The notes under the pieces are model-generated. The model saw only the letters and a program-made list of their open reading frames with translations, was not told the DNA's origin and did not search any database. Shown here in pieces: positions 12,995 through 26,385 of a stretch of 64,000 nt of DNA (position 1 is its first letter; each line of letters begins with the position of its first letter). Position numbers and translations under genes: made by a program. This DNA is from Kondoa subrosea (Eukaryota), in contig BCIN01000007.1 of assembly GCA_039545335.1 (NCBI GenBank), positions 1,108,530 to 1,172,529 of the forward strand. The letters run 5' to 3'.

Positions 12995-14511
12995 CATTGC
13001 ATTTACATGGGTTTTTTCCCGGGTGGACTCTATTTTATGGGATTATCATTTGTATGCACGACAACATTCATAGCATGAGTATCACGAAACTCTTCCTTTA
13101 GCATGAATCATGCAAACGACACGCACGAACGAAATTCATCGACTCTCGCTTTGTCTCTCTTTTACGTCCATCTCTTGTACCAGCCAGCTTTTCCGTGCGA
13201 GGTGTCACCAGTGTCACCTTGCCATGTGACTCGCTCTCTATCTCATATAATGTTCCTGGTCTGATGTTCTCAATTGCTCTGCTTGTCCGAGTCATCTGTT
13301 TCGATTCTGCTTCTCTTGTGCTTTCTGTTGTATGCTGTGCATTAGCAGCTCAGTCGGACTCACTCTTATGGCACGACTGCCTCTGACAGCCCTCAGGGCG
13401 TCTTCATGTCCTGACAGCACCGATCACTGATGGTTTTGTCTCATTATCGTCGTTGGTCTTCTCATAAGTCTTTCTGTTGCAGCACAATTATGTGTACTTC
13501 TTCTTGCCCTCAAGCAGTTGTCTTCCGCTCTCATTACCTCCATTATGTATTTTCACCCGCGCGCAACATTCATCTGAAGCATTTGAACAACCTCCTCCAG
13601 CTCTGTCGGCTTGTAGAGGCTGAGAAGTAGCCTACCTACCGTTTAAGCTCAACCTCTAGTTCCAGAACGACGCAATATTTCAGCTCAATCATGACACTGC
13701 GCGAGCGATGAAACGATGAAACGAGATTCTCGATTGGCTTCGAAGTCAGCTACAGCCAACAACTACGGTACAAGAGTAACCCCTCGCCCCGCGCCAATCA
13801 CCGCGCCCTATCGACGCACCCATTCCTGCTTCATTTCGTACATCAATGTTGTCTTAGAGCCAGCTCATCACTTGCGTGATCTTTTGTCTGAAATGTCCTA
13901 CAAAATTTGCAACGTAGGTTTCTATATGTCAAATCAAGTCGCGCATCTTTCGCCCGTCCATCGCGGCGTGGTCAATCTTACTCAATTTAAATCAATCAAT
14001 TTAACTCAACTCAACTCAATGTACTGCTTCAATGCCTTTGAAGATCAATCAATGCTTCCACTGCGAACAGCAAAGGATAAAGTCCACATGGCTTTTCTTT
14101 CCACCCCTGACGTTGTTCCCCATTTCCCAAACGCCCAAAACTGATATACTAGCAACTAATCCAGTAGCCGCACATTCTGTCTAAGCAGGAAATGACATTT
14201 TGCGAAGATCGTTCTCTCAGCAGCTTGCCCAAGCAAGCAGTATATTGAATGAGCAGAATACTCGCACAGCTTGAACTCCATATATCTGGTTGAAACATCG
14301 ATCCCTTTAGGCTACCATAAGTTCCAATGTTCATCAGACAGTACTCTAGAGATTTTGTATAGCAGATCTATGAGCACAAGATCGATTTTGAATGACTTAG
14401 ATTACGTAATCCAAGAAGTGATGGGAAGTCGACATCTCTTTCGCAAGCATCCATCCAAGAATCCTACTTTAGTTGCCGGTAGGGCTCTTGAGAGTACTCG
14501 CCTCGCTCTGT

Positions 14512-15491
14512 ATGAACAGCATCTTGTCTCTGGTAAATCACCTCAATTGACAAAACTCAAAGTAATTGAATCTCACGGACTCTTTCCAATAGACAGCCGC
14601 CAACTTCACAGACAACCTCGTTCTTATATCTTCAGTCGTAGTAGGCCTCAGTGCGCTCTGTCAATGTGTGATAAGCAAATAGCTCTATGCTGATTTCATG
14701 TGTTCGCGCAGGTCTATTGATCGCTTATTGGCCTAGAAGTACACCTTCAACCCAGAAAGGAGCAGAAGAACAACCGAAAGCCAGTATGATGCCTCCACCT
14801 GATTTCACGCCTGATCCGCCAAAGGATGATCGTCGGTTCATGCTTTGATTTAGTATTATGCACTGCCTGACTTAGTTGACCAGCATACACGCCTGCCGAT
14901 CTGGCGAAATGCAAGTGAGTCTTCTACACAAGACTTTGTGGGTCGTTCTCAATGCAGCGCAGTGGATCTGATCCATCCAAACCTATCCTTGTTTGCGTAA
15001 AAGGTCAGCTTTACTCGGATCTCTACTGCACACAAGATCACTGATTCCGGCGCAGGAACGGTCTTCGATGTGTCGAGCAAGCGAGATGTATATGGTTAGT
15101 CCGCATAAAGGCATAGTGAAGTCGCGCTAATCTGTTGAATAGGTCCAGGATGTGGCTATAATGCAGGTCCACCCATCTCTGTGCTTATTGCTCAGCTTAC
15201 GAAAGATGTGCAGGTCTTTGCTGGCAAAGATGCATCAAAAGGTAAGGGTTTGAGTACTTGCTCCACGTGAGGTGGCTCAAGGCTCATAACCTATTACAGC
15301 TCTGGGCAAATCATCACTTGATCCAGCAGACGCTATTTCGGACTACAGCGAACTGACGGACAAGGAATTGACCGTACTTGATGATTGGAAAACGTACTAT
15401 TCTAAAGTGTGTCCCGATTTATCCTTATTGACACTTGGTCTAATTTGCATGGCAGCGCTACAACATCGTAGGGAAATTGGTCAAGGAATGA
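14512..15491 (+). CDS. Membrane-anchored cytochrome b5-like heme/steroid-binding protein (Dap1/PGRMC family), ~10 small exons
   Basis: Missed by the ORF track. Spliced product: MNSILSL|TAANFTDNLVLISSVVVGL|SLLIAYW...PPKDD|PYTPADLAKC|NGSDPSKPILVCVK|GTVFDVSSKRDVY|GPGCGYN|VFAGKDASK|ALGKSSLD...LDDWKTYYSK|RYNIVGKLVKE. Confidence 0.88.
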
Positions 15492-15613
15492 GGCAGATGA
15501 TGTACATGCATTTTACAATTTTTAAAGGATATTTAATATATAAATAGTGTACAACTTCGAGAACATGTCCGTTTCAAGCCCTCCGGACTCTCGGAACAAT
15601 TGTCAATGACCGG

Positions 15614-18600
15614 CTACCTCGGTAGCAGGCTATCGAACAGATCATATGTAGTCAGACCATTATCCGCAGGTGGACTGAAAGCAGGCGTTTGCAGACCAGT
15701 AGGTTGATACAGGAATGTATCATCGGTCGCAGACAATGAGTTGAGTGGGTAAAATTCATCTGTTCCTCCACTGTATGGATGATCGAAAAGCGGTTCGCTA
15801 GCCTGTCGTTGAGGTTGAGGTCGATCTCCAGCTGTGACAGGTCGACTAGTTTCTTTGATCGAGAGATTAGCTGTAACTTCAAGTAACTCTTGCAGACCGC
15901 ATGCTGAGTTGTAGACGAAAGCCAAAGGTGAGGCGCAACTTGCCCGCATAATTGTGCAGATATCTTGAACTGAGAGAGGGTATGTTCAGCCGCCGAGCGG
16001 GTCAAATATTCAGTGACTTACTTTGCGGTAATATAATCTCTGGCCGTAGTCCCAAGTCTGCTCTACCTAATTGTTGCATCCTCAGGGCTTTCATCAGGAA
16101 TGCTCCAGCGACTATCGCAAGCATAAGCATAGGTACACGCGGACAGGAAGAGAAGACAACAGACATGCAGGTGTGCTCGCCATCAAATTTGGTAGTTGTC
16201 CCAGAGCTGATCTGATAGCTTCATCTCTTCGAACCATGTCGACTAAGGCCAAAGCTGCCGAGACTGCCGTGTTTGCACTGAGATAACCTTCCGTTGTAGT
16301 GACTGGCTGTGCTAGAGCTGAAGCGTTAACAAAGAGTCGAGCGTATTGATAGTACATGTTTAGAGCTTTCTGATCCCATCCAGGTGCAAGTCCTGTACAA
16401 TTATTAGCTCTGAAGATATTGGAATCGAAGCTAGTCTTACCAGTCCAATTACCGCCAGCTAATCTTTTCTGAGTTGATATGCAGCTGCAGAAACTGTCAG
16501 ACAAATAGACCAAGCTAGGAGAGCGAACTTACTATTCGTCGAGGGAAGAATTAATTGATTGACGCATGGCAGCCGTGGTACCTTTCCGATCCACTCGATG
16601 CAGTAGATTCAGTAATTGTAATTGGGTTGTAGTGGCTATAAGAAATGCGATCATCCATTGCTCGAAGCGGATTCGATCGTAGACTAACCAGCGAAAGTCG
16701 ATATAGCAGCAGGCGAGTCCAGTAAATCATTAGCATCTAGAACAGTAGGATCCGTATTCAATGGAGAAGGCGTTTCTGCGACCAAGGATTGTTGCAATCT
16801 GATGGTAGAGAAGAAGTACCATGCTGTTAATCGACGAATAGGACTGGGATCACCACTGTTGGCTACGAGACTGCTGAGTTGATGACCGCTTTCATCTCGG
16901 ACGACCTCTTTCTGTATGCCACAGATCTCTTCATCAACGACTTATCGTCGTGATGAAAGCAGTAGCGTACGAAAGCCTCCCGTAATTGTGCGACTTTGTT
17001 CATAGCGTTGAAAGCAGCATCCGAAACGCCAACTTCGACCCAATAAGCAGTGCCTAACCAAGTTTGCGCCATGCCTGGAAGTATTATCAGATTATGTTTC
17101 TCTCCCTTCCTTCAGAACTCACAAAGAGCCCACATATCGTCTGCTGCGTCTCGAGCGGAAAGAATGTCTTGTGAACCATCATGCGATTGCCATGCGTCCA
17201 AGCGATCTGCAATTATCCGTTAAGATTTCCCCTTGCAATACTAGCATTTGGCGCTCACATTTAGCTACAGCGGTAGTGCGGGCTTTGAGAGGTGCGGAAA
17301 ATTGTGCCATGCTCTTGTTATGCAAAGCAGCACAAGTGAGGACCGTAGTATACAATAGAGGTGATCGCTGCCAAAAGAAAATTCAGCCTCCAGTGACAGA
17401 GCTGCGGTCGTAATGTGAATATACTTGTTCGTATTGTTCGCGCGTATATTGAGGTGGTTTCTGTTTCATTTGTTAGAGACTAGTCGAATTGCAACAACGT
17501 CAGCTTACCAAGCCGTACAAATGTTGACTTGTTCAAAAAGGTTAGTGGACATCGCGCGTGGAAGAACAGCAACGGACTGTAATCTTTTGTTGAAGCTGAA
17601 GAGAGGTAAAAAGGACAACAAGAATCAGCTCAAGATGTTCTGGGACTGTGTAATATGATTTCGCAATGTTTCGTTTCATGATGCGCGGGCCAAATCTACA
17701 AAAGAGACAAAAAACATGAACCCAAAAAGCTACCCAGGAATGAATGACAACGACGCACCCCTTGGCCTGCCAAAGAAGAGTGTTGCATCCAAAGCGAGAT
17801 AGAATATCGGACCAATTCTCCAAAAAGAAAGGTTAGGCTCACAAATCTATCAATCTATCCTGTTCCAATTGATTTGGCATCCTTTGAAGTTCCGCAGATC
17901 CTTCAGAAGGTTGTCTGCTATCCGCCGCAACTCGATCCGCAACTTGTCTCAATAATCCATCAATAGCCGCCAATCCTGGATCTGAAGCGAAAGAATAGCG
18001 AGCTTCTGGATCGAAATGATTCGTCAAGCTTTCTAAACCCATATCGGCATGAGGATCGGACGGATCGTTGTTCGGATCGTGTGTACCAAAACTTGCAAAA
18101 GAGTCGTCGAAATTAGGAATACCGGAAAGAGGTTCAGAAGTGAGTCTACCAGATCCATTACTGCCATACTGATATGCTTGTAATTGATCGTCTGGTTGTA
18201 GTGAAGCCGAATTCTGCGCATAGCTTGTTGTACTCGTTGGCTGATTGCTTTGTGGAGGTGGACAAGGACCTTGACCATTAAGGAAAGAGAGAATACGGTC
18301 GACAGTCGATGCGATGATCTCCACTCGATGTTCGATCCGACTTTGCCAAGCTACATCTTCCGGGCTAACCAAATATTCAGCTCAGTCTAACGAGACAAAC
18401 TAGATACCTCGACATACTTGAGTAAGTAATCCGCTCGCCTTTCAAAGACACAGTCATGCCCTCCCGTTTGACAACGCTTGCAAGGTGGATTATCAGCTCC
18501 CTCACATCTCATCTAATTGAGTCAAATTAGCGCAATCGCATGCGTAGTGTGCAAGGCAGCACCTTCTGCTTTCTACAGTGTACTGTGAAGCATGGTAGTC

Positions 18601-18768
18601 TACTATCAGCTGTGGATCACAGCAGAGAAGCGACCATCACTCACAGCAAGCTCTGCTCGTCCTCGGCGCTGAAGGCTTCATCTTCTTCTTGGGCGGGCCT
18701 TCGACCACAGGGGCTTGTTCCTCATTCTCATTGTATGTAGGATCAGTATTGATGTCGCCTGCTTGCAT
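15614..18768 (-). CDS. Zn(II)2Cys6 fungal transcription factor, multi-exon
   Basis: Spliced binuclear cluster RAC|LHCRKQK|MRCEGADNPPCKRCQTGGHDCVFERR near 18430-18650, followed by a fungal-TF-like middle region. Confidence 0.85.
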
Positions 18769-19088
18769 GACTGCTTAAAATCTTGTTATGTTCCAAAAAT
18801 GCGGTAGTTATGCGAAAGACAGGTCGCAGATCTGCAGCAGACAGAGCAGATCAGCTACCTGTGATGAAGAGTGCTGGATCCAGCTCACAGCGTTGGCAAA
18901 TATTGAGGTGATCGCTCTCGGTTTGGACGTCGAAGAGGAACAGTTATCAAGTCACTTTTGAATCCAAGGTCCATTCAGTTACAAGTTACAGGTTACACAC
19001 AGTGCCTAGCAGTGACATCCCTTCATCGAATTATTGTACAAATAGGAAGAAACAGAACTGAACTTCTTCACACCCAAATCACTTCACT

Positions 19089-22000
19089 TCATGCAGCAAA
19101 GGGTTTCCCTCGGGCAACTCCGTATGCCTCGCGCAGAGCTAGCTTCACATCTTGTTGCGCTCTCCATTTCCGACTCGATGTGCTGTTATTCACATCAGCT
19201 CTGGAAAGTTTTCGAGGTTACCGAACCTACCTCATGCGGGAAATTGCCATGATCGCCAAAGCTGCGGACTTGAACTTATTCGCACTCTTCTGCGGCGGCT
19301 CAAAGAGATTGCTAGGCAGACCAAAGCGAGTCAAAGTCGTAGTAGTCGCATCGATCCTGTTTTCGAAATTCAGCTTGAGGCTACTGACGGAAAGTTTTGA
19401 AATTCACCTGTTCTGCTTATGCTGTAGGAGCATTTGTAAATAGATCTTCTGATGTGCCAAATCACCACGTAATGTTGATTCGCGGGTATACTTCTCTTTA
19501 AGGTATGAAACGATTGCGAAAAGACCTTTGACTTCCGCTATTCTAGCTCTGGGATTTCTGTTATCAAAGTAATCTCGTCAACTTCATACTCATCATATGA
19601 ATTGTATGACTCACGATGTCACCCCACCGCCTTCTCGAGCAGTAGCGATATCGCAACCCAATTCCACAGCATCTTGTCTGACTCTTTGCAAATCCGCAAA
19701 CAAGCCATTCACACCACTCAAGACTTCTTCTCTAGCAGCTTGCACTTCTCTGAGTTGTCGTTGAACTTCCTTCAGCTCGTTCGTCTTGTTTCGAAGCATT
19801 CTTTCCAATTCTTCAGTTTGTACGGAAGAAGAAGCAGCATTGCTCTGCTGTTTGATAAGCCGTTGAATCTGATATCGAGCAGAAGAGAGTTCCGCTTCCA
19901 ACTTGACTGTTTCTTGTTTCGCTGCTGTAAGGTCTTGATGAGATCCAGCTGGAGAAGTTCGACCTGTTGTTCTTTGTTGTTCCAATTGAGCAATTTTTGC
20001 TTTGGCTGCAATCAATTCTTTGCCAGTGACTAAGTTGCCTCGGTTCGCTGCTTGCAACTTTGCGAGTTTGTCATCTAATTCAGAATTGGCTGCTGCCAAT
20101 TGATCGTGTAGACGTCTGATCTGAACTTCAAGTTTCTGGATTTGAGCCTCATAAGGAGTAAGAGTAGCGTCTGATTGATCGAAGGGAGTCATCTATGCGA
20201 AAGTTAGGATAATACAAGGCAAGTCAATGTGCAAGCTCACATTGCCCAAGAACTGTCCAGGTGTCCTAGGTGTAGCTATTCCAATAATAGGTCTGAAAGC
20301 CATAGATTTGCTAGGTGTTAGCATCTCCGATTGTCGAGCAGCAGAAAGCAAAGCGACTTGTTCTTTCAATCCGCTGACCCGAACTTCAAGAGTAGCTTTC
20401 GCTTTGACCAGATGATCGATCTCGAGATCTTTTGCATCAGCCATAGATCGACCATCCAAGCCAGGACCAGATAGAATAGCTAGACGGTCCATTTCTCTTT
20501 GGGCATTGTCAAGCTGAACATGTAGATCTGCTTCCCGTTCTTCGTAACCCTGCATCTTGCTAGACAGAGCTTGAACTTCAGTACGTAATTCTTCAATCTC
20601 TTGCTCGCAGTCTAGAAGATCTGTAAGCTTCTGTTGTACTTCTTGATCGCGTTCGTGTCTAACTTCATCGATCTTGTGCTGAGACTGAGTGGCTTGCTGT
20701 TTCAGGCTTGTGACACGCTCAGTGAGGCGAACATTCTCCGCATTGACTGTTTCGAGCAGACTGTCTTTCGCCGCGAGATCAGCCTGCAGAGAAGCCAGTT
20801 TGGCGGTAGATCGTTCTACAGGACTCGTAGAGCGAGCAGAAGAGGCAGAGGCTTGCTTGAGATCAGCTTGTTTGAGATCAGATTTGAGTTGATTCTTTTG
20901 CTCAGTCATTGCTCGCAAGTCTTCTTCGAGCTGAACGATCTCGTTCTGGAAAACTTCTCGTTCCAACTTCCACTCGTCTTGGCAAGTTTGCAGTTCTTCA
21001 GACTTAGCAGCGGCTTCCTTTTGAGCTTCATCCAATTGGCCTTCCTGTTCTTCCATGACAGCGCATAATTCTTCTTCAAGCTTCTTCATCTTTTCACTGA
21101 AATCCAATTCTTGTTCGTCTAATTCAGTTTTCAATTCTTCAATCGCTTGATCCTTATCATCCAATTCTTTCTCCAAACTTTCCAACTTCTCATCATCTTC
21201 TTTGAGTTGATCTTGCAACTCAAACACTTTGGCTTGCAAATCAGCATGATCTAATTTTCGCGTTTCTTCTCCCTGATTGAGCGCATCCAACAATTTCTCC
21301 CTCAATTCAGCCAGTTCTTCATCTTTGGCTTTCAAATTAGCTTGCATTCGTTCCTGTTCAGCTTGTCTTTCTTCTTTGACCAATCGACTCATTTCAGCTT
21401 CTTCTTCCTCTGTAGATTGGTTGGATAGTAGAGATTGCAACCGAGCGATTTCAGCATTCGAATCCGCTAGATCTTTTGCCAAAGAAGAGTTTTCGGTAGT
21501 CAGATGAGTATTGAGATTGTGCAGGTAAGAGTTTAGTTTGGCGCCATTGAAGCGTGTGGCTCCTGCGTCGCCCAGAGGTAGAGAAGTGTTTGCGTTAGGA
21601 TGAGTGGTAAGATCGTTGGAAGTAGTATCGGATATGTTTGAAGAAGCATTGACTGACCCGGAATCACTTTGATTAGCTGACATATCATGAGCGTATGGTG
21701 TGCCCTTCTTGATTCTCGCTCTAGCTTCAGATCGAACGGCAGTAAGCTGTAAAGTTGCTAGAAGATGGTTCTTCCTTCTGTCTATATCCGATTGACTACC
21801 TTGAGGTTTAGGCGTTGCAAAATTAGTAGCTGTAGAAGGGGACGGTCGACGAGATGAAGTAGAAGAGCTGTTCGAACGATCAGATCGTATATTTGCAATT
21901 TTGGTCGAGACGAGATTGGCCAAAGTTCTGCTGAGAGGTGTTTCATGTACTCGACTAAGTGCTGCATTTGATGGATGATCGCGAGCTACACCAGGTGACG

Positions 22001-23033
22001 ACTCCTCAGTACGATGATTCTTGGTGTAGGGGGATTGATATTGTTTAGCTGGAGAAGAACGACGTGAAAGAGCAGCTAAACCCGTTTGATCTTCTTCGCT
22101 TTTTTCAGTTTGTTCTCCAACAGAGTGAATAATAGATACTTGATCATGCTGAGATGCTTGAGAATCGGGAGACAGAAGAGTTCCAGAACGGGATGTCGCA
22201 TAAGAATGAGTAAGGCTCGGAACTCGATCGCGACCGGCAGTAGAGCGCTTCTTACGATCCATAACTACATGATGAAGATCAGGACGTCGACTTGAGGTAG
22301 AAGCTTGCGAGGCTGGAGATCTATCTTCCGTTGGAGCGGGTTCCGTATCTTCAGGAATTGGAGACGGTCTGCGATAAGAAGGTTGAGGACAAGGAGAGTG
22401 CTGTGAATTAGCATAGCTGTTATCTGTAGATTGAGGTGCACCCAGTTGCGCACTGAGGTCATCCAGACTGGGAGATTGTAGCGAGACATCTTCCATTGAG
22501 TCTTCGTGAGATGCCTTTCTCTGTTTGCTTTCAGCTGCTTCATCTCCCGAGCCACCACTCCCAGCTATCCTCATATCCTCATCGACACTACTGGCTTGAT
22601 CAATTGACCTTTCCGTATCCTCTATGCTCAATTCGACATTGCTTCGAGACTCGCTCCTGCTTCGAACTAAAGATGACTTGCGACTTGAAGGCAGAGATCG
22701 TAAAGAAGTCGTTCGGCCTGGTCCAGCAGGTCTTAGAGTAGACTGTCGCATGGAAGTGACTGTAGTTTGACCAGGTGTCGAATGCAGCGGGGAGTCTATG
22801 CCTTTCTTGAGTACATCTAAGGACTTCTTACGCTGTTGATTAGGACCCGGAGAATCGAGCAAGACTCTTTGTTTGGGCGAAGGTTGTATGAAACTCGATG
22901 TTTGGCCATGGACATGAGAGTCTTCAGCTGATGAGTCCGCTGGTAAAGTAGGCAAGTCATCCAGTAGTTCCTCTTGCTTTTGCAGGGCTTGCACTCGCTT
23001 CCACACTCGAGAAGGCGTTTCCATTGCAAACAT
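19089..23033 (-). CDS. Pericentrin/Pcp1/Spc110-like spindle-pole-body coiled-coil protein with C-terminal PACT domain
   Basis: Long coiled coil. PACT-like exons YLKEKYTRESTLRGDLAHQKIYL and a calmodulin-binding-type segment KFKSAALAIMAISRM. N-terminal METPSRVWKRV. The start could be ATG 23033 or 23024. Confidence 0.82.
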
Positions 23034-23567
23034 TGTAGTGCTAGCAATCTGCGAAAGAGAAAGGTCAGAGGCTGTTGCTGAGAGTTGAGTAGGGTATGTA
23101 CCAGCATACAAGCACTTATGTGCTGCGCTAGAGGTTGCGGATGCGCTTGATAAGTTGATGGAAGAGCGCAAGAGAGGTTTGTTGTTTTTTTGTGATGTCG
23201 GTAAACTCAAGGGTCGGCTTTATTTTCTGCTCGTAAGGCTGAAGCAAGAGAAGTTATATCGTCAGATAGTACGTATGGCCATGTCAGACAATCCCAAAAC
23301 AGGCCCCGAGAGAGAAGAAAGTCGCGTCAGTCAATTCTTAGCCTCAGGGAACCTGCCAAGCCCCATCAGAACAGACTTCACAACAGAAAACGATGCAAAG
23401 TTGAATTGCAATGGGATGCTGTGAGCTATAGCATGCTAATCTATAATACAAGTGGTTTGCGATTGAAATGATTTGGATATAATGAGAGAAGAAGCCGCAG
23501 TTGATGCGCTTCAGCATGCAATGCCCAACAGTACCGATAAACCCAAGAAGTGAGAGTGAAGAGATTT

Positions 23568-25923
23568 TTACGAGCCGCGAGAGAGATGAGCTTCATCAGT
23601 CATCTCGCATTCAGCAACCGATTTAGGGATTTGAATGTCTTTGTGATTGCCGTTGATGCCGTTCGCTTTTGGTTCGCCAAAGAAAGGTGAGAAGATGGCG
23701 AAAGGATCCTTGTTGCGATAATCGTTTCTGACGATATTCACTAAGTAGTAAGTATTGAAGACATGGTTGATCAAATTCCTTGACTTGGAGTCTTCATCAT
23801 AGATGCCAGCCCATAGTCGACCAAGTTCAAAGGCTTCGTCCTGAATCTGAAGCGTGAACACAATGTACACAGCATTTAGAACAGGAAAGATTACCTTCCA
23901 AGCCATGAAACTTAGTCGCTCTACTATAGTAGGTTGCACAATCTCTTTGCCAGGGAAAGAAGCCCAAGTCACCGCATTAGGTACATCGACTGTTGTATTG
24001 GTATGCAGATCTCCACATTTTGTAACGGCATAGTAAGAATTGGCAGGATCAGCTAAGATGCGTTTGAGAAGAGGCTTGAACATTTCAGGTGAGACGAAGA
24101 ATTCCAAGTATGCCTAGTCCATAATTCAGATATATTAAATGCCCAGAGAATGAAGTCTGACCTTTTGATAACAATAGCCATTCGCAGGGCCCCAACCGTG
24201 AATAGGGTCTGTACTGTCCACGCCATCTACAGCAGGTTGACTGTTGATAGTGAGGTAACCCATGTCGTTGAGCTTTGTCAGCTGTTGAGAGATCTTGGTC
24301 GTTTCTCGTGACATAGTCGTTTCCGACCAAGGTAGAGCAGGGACTTCGCCTCGACAGTAGCCCGAGAATAACTTGTTGATATCTTCAGCTGTTTCAGGGT
24401 ATCCCCAAACCTCTCGGGCTTGTTTGCGCTGTACAGACATCAAATGATGCTTTGCCCTACGACAAGGAGAACTCACATCGTATTTCAAACTCAATCCATA
24501 ACCGTCCAGATCACCATAAGCAGCACTCCTAGCATCTCCCCATCGACCATTAGGAAACTCGTCCCAGGTTTCTGTCCGGGCAAGGTAAGATTTGGCTCGA
24601 TTTGACCAGAAGATCGGTCGAGTAGTCTCTTGTCGCCGTTTAGATGTGAGAGACTGTATGACAAACATGAATTCACACAATCAGACAAAGTCTGATGATC
24701 TCGTCAGTCTGCTTACAGGTCGCCAAGGCAAAGGATTGAGCACATCTACTGAGGGAACGAAATTGAGCTGTTCCAATAACATCCTCACACCCTTCTCCAG
24801 ATTCATGGTATACAGATGGAAACCATGTATGTTCAAATCAGTTGCGGCCAAGATCTTCTGGCACATTTCCACAACCAAAGCGGTTCCAACATCTCGCACA
24901 GCAGAATCATCTTCTTTGACTGGCTCTAATTTGTCCATGAATGACTTGGGTACAATGGTCTTTGCAAAGGAGGTTCGACGGATGAAGGCTGCATAGCTTT
25001 GAATAGGCATAATTCCTGGCACAATGGGTACTTTGACTCCAATCTTCCGGAGATCTCGAGCCCATGAAATGAAGACTAGTAGTCAAAGTGAGCTACATAA
25101 AGGTATGGGGAGAAAGAGAAAGAACGTACCATCAGCATCGTAGAACATTTGGGTGATGATGAAATTCGCTCCGGCGTCGACTTTTGCCTTGACATGCTGC
25201 AATTCCTCTTCTCTTCCTCTTGAATGAGGATGACCTTCAGGAAAGCCAGCAATAGCGATGTCGAAATGATTGCCAAAGTGTTTCCGAATATATCTGACTA
25301 GATCGACTGCATGCTCAAAACCACCTTCTGTAGCTGACCATTTTTCTTCGCCTTTAGGTGGATCTCCTCGCAATGCCAAGATATTCTCGCAGCCATGTTC
25401 TTTGGCATCAACTAGAGCTTGATGGACTTGCTCAACCGGCATATTGGTACATGTTAAATGCATGCAAGTTTCCAATCCCAGCTGTTCGTGCGCCGTTCGG
25501 ACAATTTCAGTTGTTGTATCTGCTGAGCTTCCTCCGGCACCCCATGTCACATCTGTCAACATCCTCTAAGTACTGATCTGACCAGATGCCGCAGAGTAGC
25601 TCACCAATGAAAGTTGGACCCAGTTGAGTCATGCGTTCCATACGCTCATATAAGTTGATCAGCCCTTGTGCTGTCTGCTCTGTGTATCAGCTGGTTATGT
25701 ATATCCCAATTTGAAGATTGCTCACTTTGGGCGGAAACTGTCCAGAGCCGAGATAATTCAGCGTCTGCTCGATCCTAAGTAGTCAAATACAGCATACAAA
25801 CTCGAATGAGCACCTGTCAGCTCAACGATCGCCTTATGAGTGAGATTCACATAAAGGGAGCTTTAATGCTGACCATGGCTTTTTCTCTGCTTGTGAAGCC
25901 AAAATCGCCTGTGAGATCTTCAT
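23568..25923 (-). CDS. MET13: Methylenetetrahydrofolate reductase
   Basis: W|CSFEF|FPPK|TAQG, DVTWGAGG, ETCMHLTCTNM, NILALRGDPP, ITQMFYD, WDEFPNGRWGD, LTINSQP, NAVTW. MET12 versus MET13 paralogy is not certain. Confidence 0.93.
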
Positions 25924-26385
25924 CCTTCTATGGTATTATGCTCTAGGTATGCCCCAAGCTGGTCTAAAGGGTATCGATCGAACAAGTTGGGGAAATAAAG
26001 GTGGAGTGCAAATTTTCGCCTGACGAGGTGCAACACGTTTGTAAGAGGTGTCATTGATTTGGTATACATGCTAATTGTACAATGCCTTGATGTTGACTAT
26101 AATGATGCGAGTGTATTATGCCATCATATGCTGTGCTTCTGCTTTGCTGTACCTTCCTGCAATGCTGCTGATATCGTGATGCATCTCTTCATCTTGACGA
26201 GGCATTCGGGCTGGAAGCAGAGAATGGTGAGCGTCGTTAATAGCAAGATAGAGCCTGCGCGTGCTCCGCTTTTCTTGTCCGTCGGAGCTGCTCATCACTT
26301 TAAGCGTCGCAGATGTGGCGCTCCTCAATTTCCACGAAGTTGTTTGGACGAAGCTCTGCCTGGGCCGAAGAAGAGCCAAGAAGGC

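Noticed and set aside
13000..14500. ORFs 13098-13295, 13716-14144 and 14271-14693, plus a TCAA(C/T) low-complexity run at ~13970-14020
   Set aside because: No coherent spliced model or recognisable motif; left unassigned. An undetected small or non-coding gene cannot be excluded.
14593..14712. Apparent phase conflict in DAP1-like exon 2
   Set aside because: Resolved by the GTGCGC donor at 14651.
291..23033. Num1 and the PACT protein (both microtubule-related) lie within ~13 kb
   Set aside because: Separated by six unrelated genes; no evidence of a cluster.
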